A stretch of DNA of 64,000 nucleotides from Kondoa subrosea (taxonomy: Eukaryota), in contig BCIN01000004.1 of NCBI GenBank assembly GCA_039545335.1, forward strand, positions 62,001 to 126,000. The letters run 5' to 3'. A program made the position numbers and the translations under genes. Each line of letters begins with the position of its first letter. The stretch's first letter is position 1. Under the pieces are notes generated by a model that saw nothing but the letters and a program-made list of their open reading frames with translations, had not been told where the DNA came from and searched no databases. Positions 22,367 to 37,923 of this stretch are shown here, one piece after another.

Positions 22367-24331
22367 ATGTGTGGCTTTGTCTGGATAAGGAAGAAATATT
22401 ACTCTATCTCTTCGACTACAATACGTGGGCTGCCCGGTCCGCCACGCAGCACTTGGTGGCTAGGTCAGTGAAACTGAGATTCAGATTGAGAGACTTGATG
22501 TCACTACTTAACAAGCTCTTAAGGAAATCTGGTTGAATTCTATGGCACATCAGGGCCCCATGCTGCCAGCGTCGAATGGCGCAACGTGTACGGAAACGTG
22601 CTGGCCTTTCGCGGCTTTGCGAATGTAGGTGACTACTGTTGTCCTTCTGACTCGTTGAACGTTAAACTCCAGCGCCGACATCTACAATTGGCTGATCCAA
22701 AGGCGGTCGCGCATTTGCTCTCGGCTGGGCCTTATATCTACGAAAAGGACATGGTAGAAAAGCCTCGTTTTGCTGCAATGTTTGGTCAGGGGTTGCATTC
22801 TTCGATAGGTGGGTTCGTCTTGTGCTATACAATGCATCGCTCAAATCCCACCTCAGGATCAGACCACAAGCGTTTGCGACGTATCATGGTGCCCGCATTC
22901 GCCACTCAGCAAATGACGCCCTTACTTGATGTCTTTTTCCGATCTGCGTACGATGTTAAGGATCGTTGGTTAGAGCAGATAGCAAGAGAGGGAGGTGCTT
23001 GCAATTTGGATTTAGGTCAAGACTGTGGTTACGCATTGCTCAACGCTATCGGAGAAGGTGCGGAGACCGCACTTGTGAAAAAGGACTAACATATTGCTCA
23101 GGTGCCTTTGGATATCATATCGATGCCTTTGGCAAACGCGGACGGACGCCACTGTTTCAAGCTCTTGCTTACTTGGAGTACGTTATCGAAGCCACATCCT
23201 TCAGCTCTAGCTCAGAATCGTACAGCACTGTAGCCGGACAGAGAACTTACTCCCAGATATTTGCTGAGTCAGCGATCGACAAACTCCCCGGTGCTGCCTT
23301 GCAAGTACTGTTCCGCTTACCCAGCCGATTAGGCAGTACCTTGAAACATCATCTGGACGTCATGCGCTCTACATCTGCTGCGATGGTCGCACTTGGGATG
23401 CAATCTGCTGAGCAGGGCGATCCACACACTGCGAGAAAAGACCTGCTGTCTGTATTGGGTAAATACCTACATCCTTTCTCTTGTGACAAGTAACTCATGC
23501 CACAATAGTCAGCGCTAATCTCCAGCAGTCCGCTAAACATAGGCTATCATCTGAAGAGGTACAGGCTCAACTAATGACATTCGTTTTTGCCGGCTGGAGT
23601 ACGGTGTTATCTGTTCTTGCGCAGCTCTTGCGCCAAATTTCGCTCGACTCAGCAGTACAAGATCGCTTACGTGCGGAACTAAGAAGCATTGGCGACAGTC
23701 CTACTGTGGAACAGCTGAATAAGCTAGAATATTTGGAAGCTGTATTGCGCGAGTCCGTCCGAGTGGCAGATTTTGTCCCGTTGGAGCGGGTTGCCATGCA
23801 GGATGACCTTATACCTTTGGCTACTCCAGTGCGCTTGAAGGATGGTACGATGATAACTGGAATACCGGTCTTGAAAGGTCAAGCGGTACAGTACGTCATG
23901 ATTGTGCTCGATCACTGGTGATGACTCATCTGCTTCAGTATACCAATTCAAGCTATCAATCTGAACAAACAAGTTTTCGGACCTGACGCAGTCTTGTTTG
24001 AGCCTGATAGATGGCTTGGAGAAACGGGCAACCGTTTGCGCAGCTCTTCAGCGTTTGGCTCTGGCTGTTGGAACGGCATGTGCGCATGCTTTTGTGAACT
24101 CTCATGCTTTGCTGATCTAGCGAAGGACCAATTTTGGTGGAGGAACACGTTCATGCATCGGGTATGGGTGTGATCGATAACCAGACTGAACTCATACAGT
24201 ATTGCCAGTGTCAAGTTTGCGACCCTAGAAATCAAGGTCTTTGTGCATGTTTTGCTCACAACATTCAAACTAGAGGCCGGATCAGAGAAATGGTCTCCGC
24301 GTGCAACTCTACTGGATTAAGGCCGCTTTAA
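22367..24331 (+). CDS. Cytochrome P450, multi-exon
   Basis: IRGLPGPP hinge, DHKRLRRIMVPAF (C-helix), TFVFAGWST (I-helix), LRESVR (ExxR), FEPDRWL, heme motif FGGGTRSCIG; 5' end uncertain. Confidence 0.9.
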
Positions 24332-24376
24332 TGTCTGAATAGACGAGATTTAGATCGCACTAATGCACAGCTACTT

Positions 24377-25540
24377 TTAACGGAAGAGGACTCTACATAT
24401 TAACAGGGTTGAAGAGCCCGTTACAAGTAGAAACAGTAGTACCAGAAATTTGCATTTGGCTGACCGCCGCTGATACGATGCTGCCCCGTGGAGATGCTCC
24501 ATAGCCTCTCCCATTTTGATTGATAATGTCTCGATGTTGTAGTCCACCCGATTGAGCATTGTTCCCTGGTCAATGATCATAGCCGACAGATCCTGGAAAA
24601 CGTCCGCTATCTCTTCAATGGATGTACCCAGATCGTGAATGCTAAGTATACGTCGGGGCGGGAATTGGGATGAATTCGGGCGATCAATCATTTGCGACTG
24701 CAAACTTTGTTCAATGAAGGCTATGACTGATTGGAAGCTCACTTACAATCATTTTGCCCTTCGTTTGGGAAGTGCCAGCCCTCAGAAGCTCTTGAGCTTC
24801 TACAATGCTATGACGTGGCTGGGGAGAGACTACTAAACTTTTTAAAAATTTGCAAAGTCTGCGGAAGAATGCTCACGCTCCAGAATGATGCTCTGCCTCT
24901 CTTTGAAGGCTCTAGTGATCGCTTGCAACCTTGTTGCCATTGCGCTCTGTGCATTGATGCAAATCCTGTCTTCCCTAATGTAAGACGCTAGCCCGGCCCT
25001 GTTGTTGTGAGACGAGATTTGGAGGACTATCTTTTGGCAATGCCGAAGATCCTGGGTTCACATTTGAGGAAGATACAGATATTTATACAGGAAGCTCACT
25101 GTCATAATGCTTCGAGCGGCAAGTGATATTCTGTCCTTATCTGGCGAGCGGTCTTTGAATCCCGGCAAGGATAATTGAGCTTGCAGTCGATCCAGAGCAT
25201 CCACTACTTGCTGTCAAGACCATACTACCTCCCGCAATAGAATTGGGCTGACACTTCATGGTTATGTGATTTATCAGATCATCAACTTGTCTCGTTAGGG
25301 ACACCCTGGACATGATTCGTGTCAGGGGAAAGAAGTGCAGCTACAGACTACGCACCATCGCGGCACAATTGGCGATTCGTGACTGGTCCTGTCACTGTCT
25401 ATTTGTTCTAGGAGGGAATTCTCGTCTTCATGACACGTCGATGTTGCCTTTACCGCAGCTTTGTCGCGCTGTCCATACGATTTAGGTGAAGAGGCCCGGC
25501 ACGAGAGGAAAAGTAAAGTCCTGGATCGAGTCGTCGGCAT
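24377..25540 (-). CDS. TLG2: Syntaxin-16/Tlg2 t-SNARE
   Basis: N-peptide MPTTRSRTLLFLSCR; SNARE motif SIEEIADVFQDLSAMIIDQGTMLNRVDYNIE; C-terminal TM anchor. Confidence 0.88.
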
Positions 25541-25750
25541 TTGAAAAGGGCATTGCTTTTTACTGGGCAAGGTTAGTCGATCCCTCATACTTGGAGATCG
25601 GCACTGAGCAGGCTGGTTCGCAGCGTAAATCAGCTCAAGTCCAAGACTGGACATAGGCCTCTCACGTGGTGATCAGTGCGATTCTGGGTACGTCGTTTCC
25701 AGTGGCTTTTGCTGCAAAATCCGATCATCTGACTTCTTTGTCGTTAGTTG

Positions 25751-28597
25751 ATGCTGCAGCACAGATTTGCTACATGCACACGACCCTTCCGTAGCGTTTT
25801 AGCAGCTTTGCAAGCCAAGCCATCAAAATACTTCCATTCACTTGAGTATCTTCTGCCTACGCTGGATCCCGCATCATTTGCTACATTTACTCCCTACGTG
25901 TACCGAGAATCCTTGCGGCCCACTTACTTCCGGCCTTCCTACAAAGATGCAGCTAATATTTCTCTTCTATCCACCACCAAAGGACAACTTCCCTTGGAGA
26001 AATGTACAGCAAATCCCAAAATTCTGCTCTCAAGTTGGATGCCTTTTGACAGACACTCCGTTCCGTCGTCGACGGGAGTGGCTTCATTCCGTGCAGTTTC
26101 GCTTGATGTTGTGGACGCAGCAGTCAATGTGTCAACCAATGACAATGCCTTGAATCGGTCATACAGCGGGGCAGAGCACCGTCCTGGTACTCTCGATGCA
26201 GTTGATACTGTCAAGACATGGCACAACTTGTTCCGCTTATATCAGCAGAGTGACAAATCGCATAAGTCAGCGGAAAGATTCCTGGAAACATTCCTCTCGC
26301 ACACAGCTTCAATGCCACGAAGGAAGACAATAACAGAAAATCAAGCTGAGATTGTAGCAGTGCGCTTGCTGTCTTTGGCTGGCAAGAAACCTGCATCATT
26401 AGTCGTTAAGCGAGGGCAAATACAGCTGTTGGTCGTCATCTCTCTTTTTCGTTTACTCAGGAACGTTCGGCTTTCCAGAAGAAGCAAATTCTTCCAGCGT
26501 CTCTTTGAAACTTCAGTGCCGAACATTATCAAGATCGCTAAATTCAACAATGTTAATTTACTTATCATCCGTCAAGAAGCTAACTATTCACTCCCCCCTC
26601 AAGTTCTATTCTCGTTGCCGTACCGGTGTTGGAACAGATGTCTCCAATCTACCGGCCTTTTTACCGGCCCGAGGAGTCTCTGCTCTGTCTATGCACCAGC
26701 TTCCTTCTTGCCCAGAGTCATTGAGTCGAACACTCATCAGAAGACGCGCAATGGATCCCTTTACAGAAATAACGGTCAATTTCCCGCCCATCCTCCCGCC
26801 AGATCTGCTTCAAATCTTACTAGGATCACGACGGTACGAAAAGGTCATATGCAAGCACCCATGCAGAAAGACAGGCAGCCAGACAGGCAGTCAGATTTTC
26901 CGCTACTGCGGCTCAATACCCTGGTGAATCAGCAGGAGATTCGAAAGGCCGTAGTACTGTTTCGTAAAATTGCGCCAACGCGCAGAACTCGTCAGATGTA
27001 CCTCAGCCTCCTTTCGAATTTTGTATCTTGTGCAGACATAGAGGGTGCAGAGCGGTTGTTGGCGGAAATGGTACAATCTGGCCTTAAGATAGACAGATCA
27101 TGCTGGCTAGCCCTTCTGAAAGTCCATGCGAAGCGTCAAGATTTTGAAGGAGCGTGTACTGTCCACGCCGCCATGGAGAAAGCGGGTGTCCGAACGAGTC
27201 GCAAGATATGGACGACACTCATGAACATTCTGGTTGAAGCAGATCGTTTTCGTCCGGCCATGTCCTTGTTCGACAAATACCACGCCTCCTCAAATCCGTC
27301 ATTGGTTCCGGACATAGTGAGCTACAACGTTGCGTTGAAATGTCTTCTATATTCTGGCGCAACGAGCGATTCACTCTTGGAAGTATTTTCTACCTTCGCA
27401 CGGCAAGGCCTCCAAGCAAATGAGCAAACTATATTTCTTTTACTGCAATCTACCATTCGAGAGGGAAATTTGGCTGGTGCCGAAACCATATTTGCACAGC
27501 TCGAAAGATCTACATCTGCAGTCAAGCCCAACGTCTTCCATTTTGGATTGATGATCAAAGCATTCTTTCGAGCCGGAGATGCACTGGCGGCCCACCGGTA
27601 TATTGAGGAAATGCGAAGGCGACATATCAGCGTCACCTCTATCGTCCAAGCGCAATTGATTCATGCCGCTCTGTCGGAGGAGAGTCCCGATGTGGAAGTT
27701 GCGAAACGGTTGGTAGACGATTTTGCGACAACAACAGCGCGATCTCAATCTTGCAAGATCGCCTGGGATCACCCTATATGGGAAAAAACGGTACAAAGCA
27801 CTCTCACGACACCTCTGATCAGCCACTGGGCCCGATATTTACAACCCAGAACTGCATTAGAAACGCTTGACAACATTTTCCAGTCTCAAGAACAAGCAAC
27901 GTACTCCGCCTTGACTGCTCTGCTTGAAGCATACCGGCGTATCGGGAATAGTACAGCTGTTTGTGCATTATGGCGTGTCATTTTCGACAAAGCAGCCCAA
28001 ACCTTTGTCAAACAAATGGCTGGCTCTAGTCATTCCGAACCGTCGAAAGGTCACAACAGGACTCTCTGCCTACCGCTGTCGTCGACCATTCAGAGCTTGG
28101 CGGCAGCTGGTCGGCATCAAGACATTGTGCACATCTGGCGGACGGTTCAAAAGTCCGGTTTTGGTTTCGATGCAGCCAACTGGAATCATCTATGTCAAGC
28201 TATGTTGCAGGCGCAGCAGATTCAGCATGGGCTGTGGATAGTCGAGAACGTTCTACTCCAGGAGAAAGTGGCCGAGGCAGAACAGTTGGTCGATAAGCCG
28301 ACCCCGCCGCTGAAATATGGCAAGCGACGGATGGCAGGATACTTCCAAGGGTTTCGAAGTACGAGTCAAGATTTGATACATCCAAGTAGCAAAGGAGACA
28401 TCGGACTTGCGCACATGTTGGACGAAGAGAAAGCTTCAGCACATCTCTTGCATACTCGTACGATCAATATGCTCATCAATGCTCTGCAAAACCTGCAGGC
28501 AGCCGCACGCAACGGACATGATACATTGTCTGACTATCGGGAACAGTATCCTAAGACGGTCTCATACATTGCTAAAATACAAAGAAGCAAAGTCTAA
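25751..28597 (+). CDS. Pentatricopeptide-repeat (PPR) protein, probably a mitochondrial RNA-binding or translation factor
   Basis: Intronless 948-aa ORF; 35-aa helical repeats (PDIVSYNVALK, PNVFHFGLMIKAFFRAGD, KIWTTLMNILVEADR); basic presequence-like N-terminus. Confidence 0.85.
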   Translation: MLQHRFATCTRPFRSVLAALQAKPSKYFHSLEYLLPTLDPASFATFTPYVYRESLRPTYFRPSYKDAANISLLSTTKGQLPLEKCTANPKILLSSWMPFDRHSVPSSTGVASFRAVSLDVVDAAVNVSTNDNALNRSYSGAEHRPGTLDAVDTVKTWHNLFRLYQQSDKSHKSAERFLETFLSHTASMPRRKTITENQAEIVAVRLLSLAGKKPASLVVKRGQIQLLVVISLFRLLRNVRLSRRSKFFQRLFETSVPNIIKIAKFNNVNLLIIRQEANYSLPPQVLFSLPYRCWNRCLQSTGLFTGPRSLCSVYAPASFLPRVIESNTHQKTRNGSLYRNNGQFPAHPPARSASNLTRITTVRKGHMQAPMQKDRQPDRQSDFPLLRLNTLVNQQEIRKAVVLFRKIAPTRRTRQMYLSLLSNFVSCADIEGAERLLAEMVQSGLKIDRSCWLALLKVHAKRQDFEGACTVHAAMEKAGVRTSRKIWTTLMNILVEADRFRPAMSLFDKYHASSNPSLVPDIVSYNVALKCLLYSGATSDSLLEVFSTFARQGLQANEQTIFLLLQSTIREGNLAGAETIFAQLERSTSAVKPNVFHFGLMIKAFFRAGDALAAHRYIEEMRRRHISVTSIVQAQLIHAALSEESPDVEVAKRLVDDFATTTARSQSCKIAWDHPIWEKTVQSTLTTPLISHWARYLQPRTALETLDNIFQSQEQATYSALTALLEAYRRIGNSTAVCALWRVIFDKAAQTFVKQMAGSSHSEPSKGHNRTLCLPLSSTIQSLAAAGRHQDIVHIWRTVQKSGFGFDAANWNHLCQAMLQAQQIQHGLWIVENVLLQEKVAEAEQLVDKPTPPLKYGKRRMAGYFQGFRSTSQDLIHPSSKGDIGLAHMLDEEKASAHLLHTRTINMLINALQNLQAAARNGHDTLSDYREQYPKTVSYIAKIQRSKV

Positions 28598-30794
28598 GAG
28601 TTAACCTCTCGTCTTTGCTCTGCACACTTTTGGGCGGGACGCCATAGCCGAATACAACAGTCATCGCCACCCGTAGCCAACATGTCTCCCTCAACTGGAT
28701 TCCATGCAACAGCATTCACGCTCCCCTGGCCGTGTCCAGACAAAGTCTGCACGAGGACTCCGGTGGATCTTTTCCATATGTATATTTTGCCGTCTCGAGA
28801 ATCTCAGGTCAGTCCGAACCCGAAATACTGTTTCTACAGCTGACCTTCGCTACCACTAGCAACGAAGCTTTGTGCGAGCCCCCCAAAGCAATTGCTTATG
28901 ACATGGCAGCCCAATTTAGGCCCCGTGTAGCACTGTAGCAGCTCGGCATCCGCCAGTCTATACAGACGCAATTGCTGAATCATGATATATTGCGTCCCGA
29001 TGAGATCATAACAGTAAAGAGGGAGGCAAGACGTACATCGGGCGCTTGACTGATTAGCGCAAATTTGGAGTCGTTTGTAACACTAACGCATATCATTTCT
29101 CGTGTACTGGATACGAATCTATTGACGATCAACCGGTTTAGTACATTAGGAAAGCATAGCATTATGTACGCACGCCTCCTCTGTCCGCGAATTGATGTCA
29201 TAGATTTGCAATCGCCTTTCGCTTCTGGTCAAGCGAGAGTCGATATCAATTCCACCATTAGCGAGTGCAGCGGAAGGAGATAGGGGCAATTCGGCGAAAC
29301 CAACAGCCACTAATTTCCGACCATCAGGGGTGATGGCCGCGCTGACAATACGGTACGGTCCAAGTTTCCATTTCGACAAGATTGCGCCTCTGGCGTCCTG
29401 TTCTCTGCCATGAATTAAAGCCAAAGAGCAGAGGTGTTGTACAAACCCAGAACAAAATCGAATTGTCCATTCCCGAGGACATAAAGTATGATCCATCAGG
29501 TGCCCACCGCAATGAAGTGACGGAATGTGCATGACCGGGCTGAAGCGTTTGCTTCAATTGTCCAGTCTGCTCAAGCATGAGACATCATCGTACATTGAAT
29601 ATTGAGCAAAGCCTTACAGCGGTGTCCCAGCACATAATGCACGATTCGGCGCTTGTGACTAGCAATCTATCGTCAGGCGACCAGGCGAGGCAGGAAACAC
29701 CGCTTCCATGAGCACGCAAGACAAACTCGACACGCGCCTGTAGAATTGTCAGCGCAGTTCAACAAGCACACTACACAATGACGCACAGCATCAGTGCGAG
29801 ACACTACCCACAGCATCACAGACTTATCTGCCGATGCAGTGGCTAATCTTGATCCATCATGACTCCACTGCACATCCCACACTTCGTCGGTATGGCCGCG
29901 AAGTATAGTGCCTGTCATGCTTGGGAAAGCTTCTAGCGAGCAGACGTGATCGTCCAGAAGAGAGAAGGCTGTATCTTGAGTGTGGAAAGGACAAACGTCC
30001 TGCTGAAGAGATTGTGCATACATTAAGAGGGTTGTCAGGCGTTCTGGAGGTAGCATGATAGAAGAGGAAAGATATTCTTACGCTGCTTTTAGTGGGCGTG
30101 CAGACAGATGTGAACAGCTTACTCTGGATACGTTCCAAACACCTCAGGCGGCTCTCGCACACCAGGTTAGCCCGTGATAGCAAATCGGCTGCTTGCGAGT
30201 ACACAATTAGACTGTTTGAATGTCGCGTCAAGATTCTTTTTTGGTTAAAGCAATAAGAGACTACCTGGCAAGGACACGCTTCTGACTGCATTCTGTTGCG
30301 CTAAGAACAGACATACGACGGAGCCGCATCAAAGCCTCGGTAGCTTTACGAGACACCAGCAGATCTCGAAATTCTTGTTCACCCAGAGCCAAAGCAGTCC
30401 CATGACAGATCTGTGCCAATCAGAACATCCTTAGCGGTATCAAATCTCAGGATTAGGGGGCCCTACGGCGTCACCCCTAGTAGTCCCCGTCAAGAGCACA
30501 TCAAGTAGAGAATGCACGGCATTCCATCGCCCGCGCAGTACAGCATCTTTCAGAGCCGCAACCTCAACCGCTTCGAGGGTTGCGCCTGATTCAGTAGCCA
30601 AAACGGATGCCGAAGAGCTGGGAGATGCAGATACTCAGCATGGTCCAGTACGCTGTGGAAGACAGGCCAAACTGTAGTCCCCGATCCTGCAAATGTTGTA
30701 GGATCAACCTGACAATCTCATTCTGCTTGCTCAAAGAATCGCCGAAGTCAGCAGAGGTCTCGCTGCTCCGCAGATGTTCTTGCGATGGCAACAT
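28594..30794 (-). CDS. GID7: WDR26/Gid7-like LisH-CTLH-WD40 protein
   Basis: LisH-like NEIVRLILQHLQDRG; MLPPERLTTLL; GHTDEVWDVQWSHDGSRLATASADKSV; last repeat VNAVAWNPVEGDMLATGGDDCCIRLW. Confidence 0.82.
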
Positions 30795-31014
30795 TGGGAA
30801 TGGTAATGGTATCTTAAAACCAAGGACACACTCAAAAACAAAAACATGATGAATTGATAATTTGATATTTAGTTTAGTACATTGAGTGCTTCAAGAAAGA
30901 TAGAGAGGCATCTGACCGGTCTTCGCACAACCCGCACCTCTAGACTGCAACATTCCATTCTGCAAGCTGCTTCGCTCCTTAGAGGACAGACTCAGATTAC
31001 TAATTACTAATTAG

Positions 31015-33787
31015 TCAGAAGTTACAAGCCTTTCTTGGACCACTTGCGGGAAACAAAGCGCCTAATCGGCTGTTGATGGTGGCCTGATCTTCATCGTCTT
31101 GATCGTTGGGTAAACCGGCCGTATTCAATTTATCCGATCTCTGTGATTTTCATCAGCGATATGTTAGCTCAATTAGATATGCAGGTTATACGGGTAAGAT
31201 AGCATCCACTTGTATTGCCGCATAATCCGCAATTTTTGTGCGCAGGTAATTGACATCTTGCAAAAGCTGGATATTGGTATTCTCACACAGCGGTAATTGC
31301 AAATACTCCATTCTTAGCCGGCTACTTAGCGCGGCTATAACTTGATTGAGGATGTCTTTGTACTGCGGATCCGCCATATACTTGCCAAGCACTTTATGAA
31401 GTGTAACAATCTCCTTTGCGAGAGCCTTCATATATAAGTTGGCGTCCGCGTTGGTATTGATTTGAGTCCAGTGAACAGCTTGTAGAGCTTTACAATGAAC
31501 GTCTATGCGTTCATCCATGATGGAGATGAGTTTAGCGCTAATCTCAAGATGGTGTTCACGGAAATCTGCTGCAAGCGTATTGAATGCAACAGCTTGCGTT
31601 GATCGTTGCTTAGTGTTTATTTCATGGGCGAGTGTTTGTTCAAGATGGGGTAAGAGACTGATAAAAAAGGAGAGGAATTGTGAAGCAAGAGCCAAATGTT
31701 TCGCCGTAATGCTCTTGAGACCTGCAGATCGCATAGCTCCAGCACCCAAGACAACTTGGCAGACGCGAGAGTTCAGCTGTTTGAGGTATTCGATTAATTT
31801 TCCCATGAGATCAAGCGCTAATTGGGGAAGATGCCGCAAAAGACACAAGTAGTCCAGAAGATGCCCGAGACATTGTAAAGTTGCTGCAACACAGTGATAC
31901 TCTACACCATCCACAGTCATACGTTTTCGAAGCAACTCCTGCGAATTGGAAAAGGCGTTGAGTCCAGGCGCCCAGTCTTGCCCCTCATTTTTGTAAAGAC
32001 CAAAATGCATAATGGAATTGACCCCTGCTTGCGCATCAGAAGATACTTCAATTGGTGACCATTGTTCAGACTGAATCGATTCGGCCGCCATTGCTAATCT
32101 TGATTGGTGAAAGGAGTGCAGGTACATTTTGCTGAGTGACAAGAGTCCAGTTCGTAAGCTGAAAACCATCTTACGACAAAACGCCTGGGATTCCGTGACA
32201 AAGCGCCAGCTTTGTTCCAACAAGACAGCAAATTCGTTCACACACAGACGCGAGGGAGATATATTAAGGGCCTCGATGACTTGGCGAAGTTGATCGTGTA
32301 CCATTTCTGCGACCGTCGCGATTGCATCGTCGACATCCGAAGGATGGATGTTTGCGGTTATGAGTGTCTGAACACTTGATGAGAAGACGGCGGCTTGTGA
32401 TGCGACGCTCCTTAGGATTCCGAGCGCTTGGCGATATAGATCGGTTGTACGACGCTGCAGCTCTGATGAATCAAGAGACTGTGCCATTATACTAAGCATT
32501 GCCTTGGCGCTTGAAGTAGCGACTCACTGAGGCGAAAGCTGTACAGCGATCACATTCCATAGCAACCGCAACAGGACAATCAGGAGCTCCAAACATGCCC
32601 TGGAAAAATCCTCAGGTTTTATCCCTCCATGTATTGCTGGCTCTTACTTTAATGAATGCTCTGATGGCTTCCCTGACAACTTGCCCCGTCACACATCTCC
32701 AGTTCACTAGTATCTGTTCCTCAGCCTCTTGATTTTGCAGCATTGCCTGAAAGATCTCCTTTGACCAGGCCTGCAATCCGACCACATCGGCAGCCGTTTC
32801 TTCTGCTTGTACGCCTTCCTTGTACTGGCAGGTCTTTGCTATGCTGACCTGCAAAGAGCGCGCAAATTCGTCTTGCAATTTTCGGGATATATGGTTTCGA
32901 GTGTGCATTTGGCTGTGGAGTAGACTTTTCACGTGAGGCCTCTTTGAAAGGCCCAGCTCGACGGCGGCTGGCGTGTCTTCTTTCGCGACCAAGAGCCGCA
33001 GAGCCATATCTCGATCGCCTGCATTCAGCATCTTGTTTGCATCTTGGATGTTGTTCCATCTGTTCTGAATGCATGAAACGGCATCATATCTATTTTGCCA
33101 ATTGCAGCATTGAGCTCGGTAAGCCAGACATGACAGTCTTGTTATCAATGTCTTCTTCCCCGTGAGGCCCAATTCATGTTTCAGAGGTGCTAAGCGACTC
33201 AGGGCAACTGTCGCACGTCCACGTAAGGATTGTAGATTTGCCAAAGCGGAAAAGAAGGAAGACGTTCTTAGAGATATTTCGCTGGTCAAATAGATTTCTA
33301 TTAAGTCCAGACGGTCCGAAAGGTGCTCCTGTATATGCTGCTCCTGTCGAAGTCTGCGTTCTTTGCACAGAGCAAAGGCTGCGTCGAAAGTAGAGAGGAT
33401 GGTGAGATTGAAACTTTCGCTTAAGTATAGCGACGGAATTCCGTCACCAGTGGCCAGTTGACGATTGTCAATAAGAGGGCTCGCCTCCAACGAGGTAGAC
33501 AGGGAGGCTTCTCGTCCGTTGAAGTGGTTTGAATCCCACTTACTCACAATGTCGAGATACTCGGACGCTTCTGCCAAGTCTGACGATTGTAGACTGGTGA
33601 GAGGTATGACTGACGCTGGGGTACCGCGGCTGTGCATACTTCTTGTCCCGCTAACAGACGGGGGTCGCAAAACGTTGAAGCTTGCTAGATTCTGTTGCAG
33701 ACTAGCTCCGCTCGGCAGCTTGTTCATCGCATCGATAGACAGACTAGCAACATCCTTGCGCAGACCTCCTGCTGAATGCTGTTGCAT
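31015..33787 (-). CDS. VPS54: GARP complex subunit Vps54
   Basis: LNSRVCQVVLGAGAMRSAGLKSITAKHLALASQ; LDLIEIYLTSEISLRTSSFFSALANLQSL; last exon inferred. Confidence 0.9.
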
Positions 33788-33956
33788 AATATTCCTGCAT
33801 TCGTTGGTGGTGCTCTGTGAACAATTGAATCACAGACACCTATCAACTCGTCACTACATCTACTAAGCACGCAAAGGAAGAGACCGCAACATATACTAAC
33901 ACAGATTCAGATTCTACCGTTTGTCAGTATGCTGCCGAAAAACAAAACACATTAAA

Positions 33957-36291
<2,335 letters not shown>

Positions 36292-37923
36292 ATGCAGATA
36301 GCCCGCAATTGCGTGCAGTGAATATGGTTGGAAACGTAAACAGCTGAAAAACAAGTAAGGGCAAGCCATGGCCAGCATACATTTCAAGCCAACCACGCTG
36401 TAAGGCCAAGACTGCCGTGAACGAAGAGAATATTCGTACTAGTAGTTGTCAGAGCATCATTCACACCGTTTCCCACTACACAGATGAGTGCCACGCGGCT
36501 TGCACGCCAACCCCTTGTGCACGCCCTATAGCTAATCTGAAAATTTCAGTTGTGTTCAAAACCGAACAACACTGCTACCGCTCGACCTGCGGACTTAAAA
36601 GGAAGTGAGTCGCCAAACCCATGAACGGGGCAGATCCTCATGCAAACAAAAGCTATTTGTCAATAAGGCGGTGCACCGATGATTCAATTCACGTGGTCTT
36701 GTATCATGAGTCCGCGAAGTATACCTACTGTCATAGGGTGGACACTGAACAGAAATGACACATGCTTCCGTGCCGACCCTATTGTTTTATCTCAAATTAC
36801 TTTCGATTTCACTCTCTTGGTATACGATTCTGCTGGCTTATATCAAGACATTCGATGCATTCGAATCCTCTACGAACCTCTTCATGCCTTGTTCATATCG
36901 TCTCTTGCCTCTTGCCTATACTGTACTTGAGACGTCGCAACACCGACCATACCTGTGAACCTTCGCAGGTGATTTTGTATACTCCTCAAAGTCAAGCGGA
37001 GAAGTTTCGTATATCTGTGCTCAATCTGTATACTGCTACGGATGGCTCTACTAGGCCACAAGGCCGAGATGCTTGATCACATGCTGGAGCAACAAGATTC
37101 TTCATTAGCCTGGTCGAAGCTGACCCGACGGTCTATCTGGCCAACATAGCCTGGTCGGCAGTCCAGAAACACGCAGACTTCTGAACGGTCATCTCCTGCC
37201 TCTGTTTCTTCTCAAGCTGATGGTGTATCTCGATCAAGTCTTGCCTGATTTTGCCTGACCTACGAACTGGAATCCAAAGCTAGCCAACCGAAACGCTTCC
37301 ATCACGTGTGATGGTGTAAGCCAAGGAGTTCTGGCTGTCAAGTTCCGGATGTATGTCGGGTATCAGCTCGTTCTTTTGTCGTCCTTCCCCCTATTGGTTC
37401 TCGTGCCAGTACTCACTCAAGTGTTAGTCTGCTCTGCTGGTAATACACCATCAAATGCCTACATCCGGATTATTTTCCTGCGTCAGCAGCGCCCATCTCT
37501 TTGGTGAAGTCATCGACTGGGAACTGGGTTAACCTCAAACTAAGTATATGGACGACGCAAAGCAATGGTATATGCTATCGGAACTTGGAGTAACAAAGTA
37601 TACGCAGAGATACCTCAGGCCCGAGAAAGTATACAGGCGTGAGGGTCCTGACCCTTTAGAGCATACTAGCAGACGGTGTATGGCTCTACGGATATTCACA
37701 GGGCCCAACGGTGTCGCAGTTTCTGGTGCTCACTGCTCCTCTGCTCCCGTCAGTCATCGAGACAATACAGCCAACGTTTGACTCTCCGAAAAAACAGGAA
37801 GACATTTTCCTCGCTACATACCCAACATGTACAGGACATGGTAATAAACTGCTCAAGATGACAACGACTCTTGCAATTTCAAAACATACACTATGCTTTA
37901 ACTCCATCACCAGAGAATGTCGT

